A stretch of DNA of 64,000 nucleotides, from positions 32,798,001-32,862,000 of the forward strand of contig OZ024755.1 of assembly GCA_964016885.1 (NCBI GenBank). Reading direction: 5' to 3'. This document shows positions 15,079-28,227 of the stretch, piece after piece; position 1 is the stretch's first letter, and every line of letters begins with the position of its first letter. This stretch comes from Eledone cirrhosa. Taxonomy: Eukaryota. The notes beneath the pieces are model-generated. The model searched no databases. It was not told the DNA's origin and saw only the letters and a list, made by a program, of their open reading frames with translations. Both the position numbers and the translations under genes were made by a program.

Positions 15079-15254
15079 TACAGTGAAATTCCGTTATAAC
15101 GAAATTCACGGGGTATAAAAGAAATTCGTTGTAACGAAAAATTCTTTATAACGAGATCGACTTAACACATTGAGCGTGTGGCCGGGAATTGAAAAAAAAA
15201 GTTTCGTTAGACTGAAAAATTCGTTATAATAGTATTCGTTATAACGGAAGTGTG
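15079..15254 (+). mobile_element. Tigger/pogo-like MITE
   Basis: TA|CAGTGAAATTCCGTTATAACGAA left end; inverted ttcgttataacggaa near 15235-15249. Confidence 0.6.
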
Positions 15255-15447
15255 AAAATGAAAATGATGACGAGAGAGACATATTTATTTAATACTAAGG
15301 CTATGTACTGGGTATGTATATATCTGGGGTAAATTATTGGTTTTTAACACTCTCAGACAGAAACAATACAACTTTGGGGAAGAAACGACACTATTTGCTA
15401 GACGTAAATCTTCAGTGATATTGCAGGACATCAATAATGATTCTTCA

Positions 15448-15720
15448 TTTAAAAAAAACTAGAAAAAATGACCAGGAAAGCCATGCACAGCCAAATTTCA
15501 AACCACAACAGGGGGAGGGCTGGAATTAACATGTAATAATTTTTAGGCACTCCTTTTGTAAAATATTTCATATCCTCGTTGCCAAATTGTCATCAGTGTG
15601 TTTAATAATTTTTAGACACTCCTTTAAATTATTACATGTTAATTCCAGCCCTCCCCCTGTCGTGGTTTGAAATTTGGCTGTGCATGGCTTTCCTGGCCAA
15701 CTTTTCTAGTTTTTTTTAAA
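15448..15720. mobile_element. MITE/foldback with about 95-bp terminal inverted repeats
   Basis: 15448-15542 is the near-perfect reverse complement of 15626-15720. Confidence 0.75.
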
Positions 15721-15898
15721 AATTGTCTTTAGCTTTCTGCAAATTGTTAATCTGTTAAAAAGTCAGTTGCAAACGGTTCTTATATACACACGAATGTAGA
15801 TTGTATTTCTCAGTGTCTCTTTTATATCGCAATAACCTTCAGAAAATAAAACTACTAATAGGTTTATGTGTTAAAGAAAAAAAGTAGAAAGGAACAGA

Positions 15899-16180
15899 CA
15901 GAAACAACATTACTACAGAGACTGTGTTGGTAAGTCCATCATTGGACACCAGAAACAACATTACTACAGAGACTGTGTTGGTAAGTCCATCATTGGACAC
16001 CAGAGACAACATTACTACAGAGACTGTGTTGGTAAGTCCATCATTGGACACCAGAGACAACATTACTATAGAGACTGTGTTGGTAAGTCCATCATTGGAC
16101 ACCAGAGACAGCATTACTACAGAGACTGTGTTGGTAAGTCCATCATTGGATACCAGAGACAGTATTACTATAGAGACTGT
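15899..16180 (+). repeat. 51-bp minisatellite (about 5.5 copies)
   Basis: unit agaaacaacattactacagagactgtgttggtaagtccatcattggacacc at 15900, 15951 ... Confidence 0.95.
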
Positions 16181-16982
16181 GAAAAGGTGGTGAGACCAAC
16201 AACATCGGACGCTACATGTATAGCGACACTTTTTCCAGCAGCAACCATACTGGATACAGTGACAGACCCAGGTTTCGTTGTAGTTGAACGTATAGTAATG
16301 GTAGTTTTTGAGATAAGAGCAAAGGGTAAGGGGAAATACCCACTTCGGTCACGAATGACCATCGGATTTGCACGTAGAAAGTTCCCCTCTGAGGCACAAA
16401 TCTGGGCAAGACTGTTTGTGGAAGACCAGCAGTGGCCCATGTATACCAGTCTCCCCTCTCCACACTACCATCATAATTTTATGTGCGAACCTTTAAGTTA
16501 TGTTCCAAACAACTTTTTAATAATGAGGAAGGGAGTTATATTATTAAATCCCTCCAAATTCCTGATTATTTTCAAAATAATCTGTAAACCATAAGCAGTG
16601 ACTTTCATTAGAAATATGGTAACCAAAAGATTAAAGTATTTATATTTATCTAAAAACCTTGTATGATAATAATTGTCCAGGGGAAAGGCAAATGCTGATA
16701 TAGTTTGGCAACTCATTTCTACAGCTGAGTAAACTGGAGCAGCGTGAACTAAAAAGTGTCTTGCTTAAGGACACAACGCATCCCCGGTCCGAGAATAGAA
16801 CTCACAACCCTTCGATTGCAAGCCCAATGCTTTAACCACTAAACCATGCGCCGTCACATGGCAGTTGTTGAGATGAAACCCATCTAGCCGGTTTTGACAC
16901 ACATTCTACCTGTCTCTCCTTCTAGGTAATTTTACTCTCAAGACTTGTATTGAGCCCAAGCCTACACAAGAAGACGGTTATT

Positions 16983-17630
16983 TACGACTCACAAGGAACC
17001 TATACAAGACGTTTCCTTGCGACTCACAAGGAACCTATACAAATAGACGCTTCCTTACGACTCACAAGGAACCTATACAAGAAGCTTCGTTACGACTCAC
17101 ACGGAACCTATACAAATAGACGCTTCCTTACGATTCATAAGGAACCTATACAAATAGACGCTTCCTTACGACTCACAAGGAACCTATAGAAGAAGAAGCT
17201 TCTTTACGACTCACACGGAACCTATACAAATAGACGCTTCCTTACGATTCATAAGGAACCTATAGAAGAAGAAGCTTCTTTACGACTCACAAGGAACCTA
17301 TAGAACAAGAAGCTTCTTTACGACTCACACGGAACCTATACAAATAGACGCTTCCTTACGATTCATAAGGAACCTATAGAAGAAGAAGCTTCTTTACGAC
17401 TCACAAGGAACCTATAGAACAAGAAGCTTCTTTACGACTCACACGGAACCTATACAAATAGACGCTTCCTTACGATTCATAAGGAACCTATAGAAGAAGA
17501 AGCTTCTTTACGACTCACAAGGAACCTATAGAAGAAGAAGCTTCTTTACGACTCACACGGATCCTATACAAATAGACGCTTCCTTACGACGCACACGGAA
17601 CCCATACAAGACGTTTCTTTATGACTCACA
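16983..17630 (+). repeat. about 35-38-bp minisatellite with alternating variants
   Basis: acgactcacaaggaacctata followed by caaatagacgcttcctt or gaagaagaagcttcttt. Confidence 0.9.
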
Positions 17631-17678
17631 CAAGCACACATACACACAAGCATACACACACACACAAGCATACACACA

Positions 17679-17717
<39 letters not shown>

Positions 17718-17867
17718 GCATACACTTTCGAAAGATGACAAAGCTACCATAATAGTTGAAACAATGTTCCAAGTTAGTAGTTGAACAACATTTTAGCTCA
17801 ATAACTAATGACTTTACCAGAAGAGTTTAGGAGTTAATCTTAAAGATGAAGAGAACTGCATACACTA

Positions 17868-17945
<78 letters not shown>

Positions 17946-19649
17946 CAGCGTATGCATGTGTGCATGTACATATGCATCTATGTTGGTATGTGCGAATGCA
18001 AGTGTGTAAGTGTGCGTGTGTGTGTATACCTATAAATGAATGCATGTATGTATGTATGTGTACGCATGTATGTGTGTATGTATGTGTATGTGTGCATGTA
18101 TGCGTAAATGTGTGTGTGCATGTGCGTACGTATGTTTGAATCTACGTATGTGTGTGTGTGTGTGTATGTAGTATGAATGCGTAAATGTATATATGTATGT
18201 ATGCACGTACGTACGTATGCATCTACGTATGTGTGTATATGTAGTATGTATGAATAAAATGTATGTATTATGTGCATGTGTGTGTGTGTGCGTGTATGTA
18301 CGTACGTATGCATGTGTGTGTGTGTGTGTATGTAGTATGAATGCGTAAATGTATATATGTATGTACGTACGTATGCATCTACGTATGTGTGTATATGTAG
18401 TATGTATGAATAACATGTATGTATTATGTGCATGTGCGTGTATGTACGTACGTATGTATGTATGCATGGGCGTGTGCGTGTGTGCGTGTGTGTGTGCGTG
18501 TGCGTGTATGTACGTACGTGTGTGTGTGTGTGATTATATATATGTATGTATGTATATAAACTAATGCCAACGATGATCTGAGGCAGACATAATCCATACA
18601 CCAATAGTCGACCCCATTCACCAGACCCAGACATAAACCGCTCAAGGAACTGTTAAACCACACACGACCTGCTAAACTATGTCTTAACCCACCTGCATCA
18701 ATTACCGAACTTCCTCAGGCTGCAGCCGTCTTACGCAATTTCTATACAATCTTAATCTTATATATATGTGTACGTATACATTCCTGTAAGCATGTGTACA
18801 ATGCGCACAGTTTACCGACTCAAAGAATTCGAAATTAGCCTGCTGCGATTCAAATCTGTTCATCATTTTCTATTTCTTTTCTATTTGTATGTGTATACAT
18901 GCGTATATTTATATATATTGTTAGCTGCCGAGACACTGCATCCTTTAAGACACTCAGGCTTCCCGAAATACGCCAAAACTACACCTGATGTACCTCTTCC
19001 ATACACATGCACACATATGTGTATCATGACTCGTGCACTGTTCATTTTACTGATGTTTGTGCATTGCCCTATGTACCGTACATGCACTTTTTTGATGAGT
19101 TGTGGTGCACCTGGGCACTGTACACAATATTTCATTATTGTTATTGTTATTATATCATGACTCATACACTGTTTATTTTCCTGACATTTGTACATTATTC
19201 TATGTACTATACATGCACCTTTGATGAGTTGTAGTGCACCTGAGCACTGTACACAATAATTTCATTATTATTATATACACGCACAGATATATTTGTGTAT
19301 ATGCACACAGGCGCCTTTATTTGTGTATCTCCCGATATACATGCACTCACACACATTTTCATATACGGATGTGCTGATGCGTGCGTGCGACTCGCCTGTG
19401 GTTGTGTATGTATGCTTAAAATTGTATATGTGCAAGATTTTTTTTTTTATATACATTATTTCTTAATAACTAATGTTTGTTGGAATATAAAGCCTGGATA
19501 TACTCTCCATGGGGTTTGCATTCTGGTTTCTCGGGGCTGCCATTATTGTTTGTAAGATAGTGTTGCCATTGTTAAACTGCCAGTTTTATTTCAGGAGTGG
19601 TTGCGTCATCGAATCATTTTTGAAATTATTCTAATGGCTACATCTTCCC

Positions 19650-20879
19650 GACTGAGCGTTGAACGAGAGGTTACATGTAATCTAACAGTGTTGTGTTGTT
19701 TATATCTGGCTTTCCCACTGAGCGTTGAACGAGAGGTTACATGTTGTGTTGTTTATATCTGGCTTTCCCACTGAGCGTTGAACGAGAGGTTACATGTTGT
19801 GTTGTTTATATCTGGCTTTCCCACTGAGCGTTGAACGAGAGGTTACATGTTGTGTTGTTTATATCTGGCTTTCCCACTGAGCGTTGAACGAGAGGTTACA
19901 TGTTGTGTTGTTTATATCTGGCTTCCCGACTGAGCGTTGAACGAGAGGTTACATGTTGTGTTGTTTATATCTGGCTTTCCCACTGAGCGTTGAACGAGAG
20001 GTTACATGTTGTGTTGTTTATATCTTGCTTTCCCACTGAGCGTTGAACGAGAGGTTACATGTTGTGTTGTTTATATCTGGCTTTCCCACTGAGCGTTGAA
20101 CGAGAGGTTACATGTTGTGTTGTTTATATCTGGCTTTCCCACTGAGCGTTGAACGAGAGGTTACATGTTGTGTTGTTTATATCTGGCTTTCCCACTGAGC
20201 GTTGAACGAGAGGTTACAAGTTGTGTTGTTTATATCTGGCTTTCCCACTGAGCGTTGAACGAGAGGTTACATGTTGTGTTGTTTATATCTGGCTTTCCCA
20301 CTGAGCGTTGAACGAGAGGTTACATGTTGTGTTGTTTATATCTGGCTTTCCCACTGAGCGTTGAACGAGAGGTTACATGTTGTGTTGTTTATATCTGGCT
20401 TTCCCACTGAGCGTTGAACGAGAGGTTACATGTTGTGTTGTTTATATCTGGCTTTCCCACTGAGCGTTGAACGAGAGGTTACATGTTGTGTTGTTTATAT
20501 CTGGCTTTCCCACTGAGCGTTGAACGAGAGGTTACATGTTGTGTTGTTTATATCTGGCTTTCCCACTGAGCGTTGAACGAGAGGTTACATGTTGTGTTGT
20601 TTATATCTGGCTTTCCCACTGAGCGTTGAACGAGAGGTTACATGTTGTGTTGTTTATATCTGGCTTTCCCACTGAGCGTTGAACGAGAGGTTACATGTTG
20701 TGTTGTTTATATCTGGCTTTCCCACTGAGCGTTGAACGAGAGGTTACATGTTGTGTTGTTTATATCTGGCTTTCCCACTGAGCGTTGAACGAGAGGTTAC
20801 ATGTTGTGTTGTTTATATCTGGCTTCCCGACTGAGCGTTGAACGAGAGGTTACATGTTGTGTTGTTTAGATCTGGCTTT
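19650..20879 (+). repeat. highly homogeneous 53-bp minisatellite (about 23 copies)
   Basis: unit actgagcgttgaacgagaggttacatgttgtgttgtttatatctggctttccc at 19717, 19770 ... Confidence 0.97.
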
Positions 20880-20983
20880 GAATGTTCCAGTCTTGTTAGG
20901 CAGTTTCTAGTTAATAAGAATGGGGCTTGATCCATTTCAGTTTATCTATTTCTGGTTACTAGCTATATACTTCTGCACTAACA

Positions 20984-21035
<52 letters not shown>

Positions 21036-21195
21036 ACTCTCTATATATAAGTTGACGGAACTAGCATGGGTATCACTGCTAGGACCGATTGCATCTCAGC
21101 GTACTCAATAGGTAATGTTAAACAAACTCCCAGAGTACACACATAGTTATTCGCTTCAATACAACACAGGTAAACGGGTACCTTCAATATATATA

Positions 21196-21430
21196 TATAT
21201 AGGAGAAACTAAACTCACACTCATAAACAGAATGTCAGTTCATCGCCAACAATTACGATATCCAACCACGAGACAGATACCACTAAGTGCATATCTAGAC
21301 ATATGAGCAAGTAATAAGACACCCAAATTCCAAGTCTTCCCATTTTATCTGTGCACTGACAATACAACAACGAATAAATAAGGAAAATATGTTTATTCAA
21401 AAATATAGACCAGCATTAAATATAGTTTAA
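21196..21430 (+). pseudogene. Penelope-like retroelement GIY-YIG endonuclease C-terminal remnant
   Basis: YIGETKLTLINRMSVHRQQLRYPTTRQIPLSAYLDI*ASNKTPKFQVFPFYLC, then after a frameshift RINKENMFIQKYRPALNIV*: YIG-T, R..H, conserved E and LN motifs. Confidence 0.8.
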
Positions 21431-21668
21431 TATACATTATGTCAACACCATAACATGCTAACCATCCAAACAGACACATACATACACACACACACACATA
21501 ACACCCATACACACACACACAACTCCCTCCCCCATTTCTACTAATAGAATCATTTTCCTACACACACACACAAAATATATATATTCTCTCCAACATGCTA
21601 ACCATACTCCCACACACACACACATACACACAACTGTTTCCCCCATTTCTACTAATAGAATCATCTTC

Positions 21669-21704
<36 letters not shown>

Positions 21705-21887
21705 GCACACAAATAAACATACATATCTCTACTTTCTTTATTTCAATAGAAAGTCTGAATTCTGACACCCCAGCGCACCAGCCATATTCACTGAACCAGA
21801 ACAATTCTCCCCATCTCTTTTTCTTGACCATTATCTTTTGTTTGGCACAAAATTCTCTAAAGGGCTACAAAATAAATTCCCAAATAC

Positions 21888-22560
21888 GGGCGCGTAATTT
21901 AATGTACTTGTTCACGTGACAGTCATAATTTCATTTATAACCAATCAAATTACATTTCAACACATCAGTCATACTCAGAACAACTCTCTCCATCCCTTTT
22001 TCTTGACCATTATCTTTTGTTTGGCGGTGAACTGGCAGTCTCGGTAGAGGGTCGGACGCCATGCTTTCTAGCATAGTTACGTCCCTTTACAGTCAAATCC
22101 CGTAGAGGTTAACTTTGCCTTTCATCCTTACGGGGTCGATAAAATAAAGTACCAGTAATGTACTGGATAATTTGCTGGCCTTGTGCCAAAAGTAGAAACA
22201 ATTATCTTTTGTTTGGCACAAAATTCTCTAAATGGCTACCAAAAAATTCCAAATTACGGGCGCGAAATTTAATGTACTTGTTCACGTGACAGTATTAATT
22301 TCATTTATAACCAATCAAATTACATTTATAAAAAAAAGCCTTCGTGAGCCACTTTTTTTTAAGTAAAAAGAAATTCAAACACAAACTGGCGCGAAAGCTG
22401 ATGTGCTTGTTCACGTGACTGCATCAACCAACCAAACTTCACTCATATATGAAAAAACAACCTGAGCCCCCCTCTTTGTTTGAAAACAAATATAATAAGA
22501 ACTTTGTAACGCGAACTGGCGCGAATTTATTATACTTATTCACCAACCAACCAAATTACT
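21888..22560. promoter_or_regulatory. repeated GGCGCGAAA + TCACGTGAC + CCAAT motif modules (possible promoter)
   Basis: GGCGCG at 21889, 22259, 22388, 22518; TCACGTGAC at 21912, 22282, 22411; CCAATCA at 21941, 22311. Confidence 0.4.
22023..22203 (+). mobile_element. tRNA-derived SINE (GCCTTTCATCCTTACGGGGTCGATAAAATAAAGTACCAG core) with TSD attatcttttgtttggc
   Basis: A/B-box-like head; TSD at 22009 and 22201; empty paralogous site at 21829. Confidence 0.85.
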
Positions 22561-22779
22561 TCTCTAAAAATCTAGCATTTCGAGCCACTTTTTTCCATAT
22601 AAAACAGAAGTAATACTCAAAGACCAACCAGATGTGAGAAAAACCACAAACCCACCATCTCAATTCTACTTTTGAAAAGCAGAAGAACTGCGAAACCGGT
22701 AAAGGAACCAAATAAATATATATTTAAAAAAAAAAAAAAAAAAAAAAAGACTCCAGTTGCATTTCCGATTTCATCTTTT

Positions 22780-22849
<70 letters not shown>

Positions 22850-23207
22850 TGTTATACTTTGGGAGGGTCATGTTGCCAATAATCTTGCTAAACAAATTCA
22901 GAAACGATATATATATATGTATGTATATAAACGCATACATATATATATACATACATTCATATACATATATACACACATATATATATACACATAGATATAT
23001 ATACACACACATGCATACACACGCACACATGCCCCCCCCCATATCTATCTATATATATATATATATATATACAGGAAAAAGTATGACCCCGAGGGCAGAG
23101 CTCAAGCCGTCGGGGGTCATACTTTTTCCTATTTCCCACTCTAATACCCTAAGTATTGAGTACTCTGGTGCGTTATGGTCCATCTGGTTCCTTACCACAA
23201 TTCCTTT

Positions 23208-23670
<463 letters not shown>

Positions 23671-23672
23671 TA

Positions 23673-23736
<64 letters not shown>

Positions 23737-23887
23737 TACACACACACACACAATAGGACTCTCGTGATTCTGTCCTCCAAATGTTACTAATACTACATTG
23801 TTGGTTATCTGAAGAAGGTATTTGAAGACATCTACCTAAATTGTCGTGGAGTTTGATTGAACCGACAGAATGACTTAAACATATTCC

Positions 23888-24325
23888 CTTGGACGTGTTG
23901 TGTGTATATACTTGGACGTGTTGTGTATATACTTGGACGTGTTGTGTATATACTTGGATGTGTTGTGTGTATATACTTGGACGTGTTGTGTGTATATACT
24001 TGGATGTGTTGTGTGTATATACTTGGACGTGTTGTGTGTATATACTTGGATGTGTTGTGTGTATATACTTGGACGTGTTGTGTGTATATACTTGGATGTG
24101 TTGTGTGTATATACTTGGACGTGTTGTGTGTACTTGGATGTGCTGTGTGTATATACTTGGACGTGTTGTGTGTATATACTTGGACGTGTTGTGTGTATAT
24201 ACTTGGATGTGTTGTGTGTATATACTTGGATGTGTTGTGTGTACTTGGATCTGTTGTGTGTATATACTTGGACGTGTTGTGTGTACTGTGTATACATTTG
24301 TATTTCTGTGTACATATACATATAC

Positions 24326-24328
<3 letters not shown>
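23888..24328 (+). repeat. about 23-bp minisatellite cttggaYgtgttgtgtgtatata (array 1)
   Basis: direct inspection; second array at 25455-26149 ends in the same unique flank. Confidence 0.95.
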
Positions 24329-24397
<69 letters not shown>

Positions 24398-24398
24398 T

Positions 24399-24430
<32 letters not shown>

Positions 24431-24568
24431 TTGTGTGTATGTGTGTGTGTATGTGTGTATGTGTGTGTTACTTCTCATACAGTGAGAGGAACCACGGGAA
24501 CATTTCTTTCGCTATATATATATATACATATACACACACAATATACATGTATACATACATACATACAT

Positions 24569-24601
<33 letters not shown>

Positions 24602-24823
24602 CACAAACACACTATAATTTCGTTTATATATACACAGACATCTACTTCCATATATATATATATACACAAGCTATAATTTCGTTTACATATATATGTACTT
24701 ATAAATATACACACACTATATTTTGGTTTACACACACACACACACACATATATATCTATAAACGAAATTATAGTGTGTGTGTGTATATATATATATAAAT
24801 ATATATATAAACGAAATTACAGT

Positions 24824-24865
<42 letters not shown>

Positions 24866-24888
24866 GAAATTATAATGTGTATATATAT

Positions 24889-24940
<52 letters not shown>

Positions 24941-25084
24941 ATGCATATATATTGTGTGTGTATATGTATATATATATATAGCGAAAATATTCCTGCGGTC
25001 CCTCTCACTGCATGTATATATATACACATACATACATACATACATACATACATACATACATACATACATACATACATACATACA

Positions 25085-25117
<33 letters not shown>

Positions 25118-25454
25118 CACTTGTAAAACGATAATCAATGTCAATAGCATAGAGTGGGTTGAAGTTCTGCTCACCCTATAGCATGCACATTAACTGCAAT
25201 ATTGTGCATATTATGTGCAATTGCAGCTAGAAGCCGTGCTACTGTTCGATATTCTTGCAGTTACATAATTTCTGCATGTCTTGCAAATTCTCTAGCATAC
25301 AGCCTCGGCGCCAATGCAGTGTTTAATGTATCTGGCGCATGTTACACGCCATGTAACTGTATATTAGTGTGTTCGTGTGTGAGAATCAGGTGTTCTCGTT
25401 GGAAGTCAAAGTACCGCATACTGTCATGTTGTCAGGGTGGAGCCTGCGACAACT

Positions 25455-26149
25455 GTATATACTTGGATGTGTTGTGTGTACTTGGATGTGTTGTGTGTGT
25501 GTACTTGGACGTGCTGTGTGTATATACTTGGATGTGTTGTGTGTGTGTACTTGGATGTGTTGTGTGTGTGTACTTGGATGTGCTGTGTGTGTATACTTGG
25601 GCGTTTTGTGTGTGTGTACTTGGGCGTTTTGTGTGTATATACTTGGACGTGTTGTGTGTGTGTACTTGGATGTGCTGTGTGTGTGTACTTGGATGTGTTG
25701 TGTGTGTGTACTTGGACGTTTTGTGTGTATATACTTGGACGTGTTGCGTGTACTTGGATGTTCTGTGGGTATATACTTGATCGTGTTGTGTGTGTGTACT
25801 TGGACGTGTTGTGTATACTTGGACGTGTTGTGTGTATATACTTGGACGTGTTGTGTGTATATACTTGGACGTGTTGTGTGTATATACTTGGATGTGTTGT
25901 GTGTATATACTTGGACGTGTTGTGTGTATATACTTGGACGTGTTGTGTGTATATACTTGGATGTGTTGTGTGTATATACTTGGATGTGTTGTGTGTATAT
26001 ACTTGGACGTGTTGTGTGTACTTGGATCTGTTGTGTGTATATACTTGGACGTGTTGTGTGTACTTAGATCTGTTGTGTGTATATACTTGGACGTGTTGTG
26101 TGTACTGTGTATACATTTGTATTTCTGTGTACATATACATATACATTGG
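25455..26149 (+). repeat. about 23-bp minisatellite (array 2)
   Basis: same unit as 23888-24328. Confidence 0.95.
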
Positions 26150-26191
26150 ACAATTAAATTGAAAAATATTTCTACTTTAAATGTGTATGTG

Positions 26192-26222
<31 letters not shown>

Positions 26223-26313
26223 ATACATAAATATATATACATTTATATAAATGATAATATATACATGTCTGTGTCTGTGTGTATACATACATACATACAT
26301 ATATATATATATA

Positions 26314-26400
26314 CACAGGGTGTCCCCAAAAGATGTATACACAATTTGATTACATGTACAGACAATGCTGTTGAAGTATGTATACATTTTTTGTGATCCC
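26314..26400. mobile_element. short Tc1/mariner-like MITE
   Basis: CAGGGTGTCCCCAAAAGATGTATACA with inverted tgtatacattttttgtgatccc. Confidence 0.5.
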
Positions 26401-26404
26401 CCCC

Positions 26405-26453
<49 letters not shown>

Positions 26454-26686
26454 TACATGCATACACACACACATATATATATATATAAACAAGATACCAG
26501 GTGGACCATAACACACCAGAGTACTCGATACTTAGGATAGTAGAGTGGATAATAGGAAAAGAGTGAAGTCCCCGACGGCTGAGCTCCGGCCTTTTCGACA
26601 GCTAGATCCAGCTGTCAAAACGGCCAGAGCTCACCCGTCGGGGTCCTGACCCTTTTCCTATATTGTAGGTTGACTTTGCTTCCACT

Positions 26687-26748
<62 letters not shown>

Positions 26749-26877
26749 GGTTATATTTAATTTGTTGGGATTCAACAAGCTTAAACATTTTTATAACTGA
26801 TATAAAGCACTCAACAGTTTAGTGGAGTAAATATACAATATATTAATAAATGGAAACTATATTTATAAAACCATAAT

Positions 26878-26943
26878 TATTTTATTATATATATTTCAAG
26901 GGCGACCAAGGTAAATTATGGTGCGCTTTCATCAGATAAAATA
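26878..26943 (-). ncRNA. type I hammerhead ribozyme
   Basis: tattttat-CTGATGA-aagcgcacca..tggtcgccctt-GAAA-tatata-TA-ataaaata: 8-bp stem I, palindromic stem III. Confidence 0.8.
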
Positions 26944-27204
26944 CAGATTTGTTTTATAAATAAATATTGACATACCCGGAAAAAAGACAACCGTTGAGGT
27001 TATCTTTTTTCCGGGTATGTCAATATTGTACTCAAGTTAAGTCTATATCTAGTTGACTATCCAACTATATAAGTATTTATATAGCAAAATAAACATTGTC
27101 CCTTCGTCTTATCTGCTTGAACCACTTTCCTATCGCCTTATTTCACTCTCTACTTGACTAAGTATTTCACCTTTAACCCAGCTCATTACCCATCTATGTA
27201 TGAA

Positions 27205-27370
27205 TTTACCTCAGAAACAGTCGAGCTCCTCCGCAAGATAGGAACGCCGGCGGCTCGTCTGCGGAAGGAGCCCCGCGAGGTCGGCTGGCTGATGCAGCGG
27301 GTGTCGCTGGCCATTGTCCGCGGGAATGCTTTTGTGGTCTTGTCCGTGGGGGGCGCAGCTCCTCTATCAC
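27205..27370 (+). mobile_element. CRE-clade non-LTR retrotransposon 3' (RLE) remnant
   Basis: ETVELLRKIG..RKEPREVGWLMQRVSLAIVRGNA; related pieces at 38060-38300 and 56200-56300. Confidence 0.7.
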
Positions 27371-27429
27371 TGCGCCCTGGGCACAGACCTAATCACCCCC
27401 CCCCCACCACCACTTTCCCATTCTTCTGT

Positions 27430-27652
27430 GCAACCACCTCAACCAACCAACCAGCCAACCAACCAACCATCCAACCAACCAACCACCAAACCAACCAACC
27501 ATCCAAACCAACCATCCAAACCAACCAACCAACGAACCAACCAACGAACCAGCAAATCAGCCAACCAACCATCCAACCAAACCACCAAACAACCACCAAA
27601 CCAACCAAACCACCAACCAACCACCAAACCAACCAAACCACCAACCAACCAA
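27430..27652. repeat. (CCAA)n microsatellite
   Basis: direct inspection. Confidence 0.9.
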
Positions 27653-27675
27653 GTTCTAAAGCTTAAGTTAGTATT

Positions 27676-27866
27676 ATTGTTTCTACTTGGCACAAGGCCA
27701 GCAATTACCCCAGTGCATTACTGGTACTTTATTTTATCGACCCCGTAAGGATGAAAGGCAAAGTCAACCTCGGCGGGATTTGAACTCAGAATATGACAAG
27801 GGCCGTAACTCTATGCGTCAAAGCATGGCGTCCGACCCTCTACCGACACTGCCCAATCCACAGCCC
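27676..27866 (-). mobile_element. tRNA-derived SINE with TSD taagttagtat
   Basis: same family as 22023-22203. Confidence 0.85.
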
Positions 27867-28091
27867 TAAGTTAGTATATGTAGAGGTAGACAAGTTTCAA
27901 GGAAAACAGTTGGAGATTGGAGAGGAAATATTAAGAGAAAAGTAAGAAGCAAGCAAATATAAATAATCACCGCCGCCGCCACCACTGAAGCCACTACCAC
28001 CACCAGCACCGCCACTATTGGTTACATCATCATCAGTAGCAGCAGCAGCCAGCGCAGCTACCCCCCCCCCCCCCCCCCCCACCACCATCAT

Positions 28092-28145
<54 letters not shown>

Positions 28146-28227
28146 GAGTAAAATACTAGCAATGTTGCAGCTATTGATGTGACAATTCTGCCTGAGTAGA
28201 AACTGCAGCTAGGAATTTGGAGACTGG

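Noticed and set aside
25180-25455. Cys-rich ORF start upstream of the minisatellite
   Set aside because: No recognisable family; the ORF length comes from the repeat
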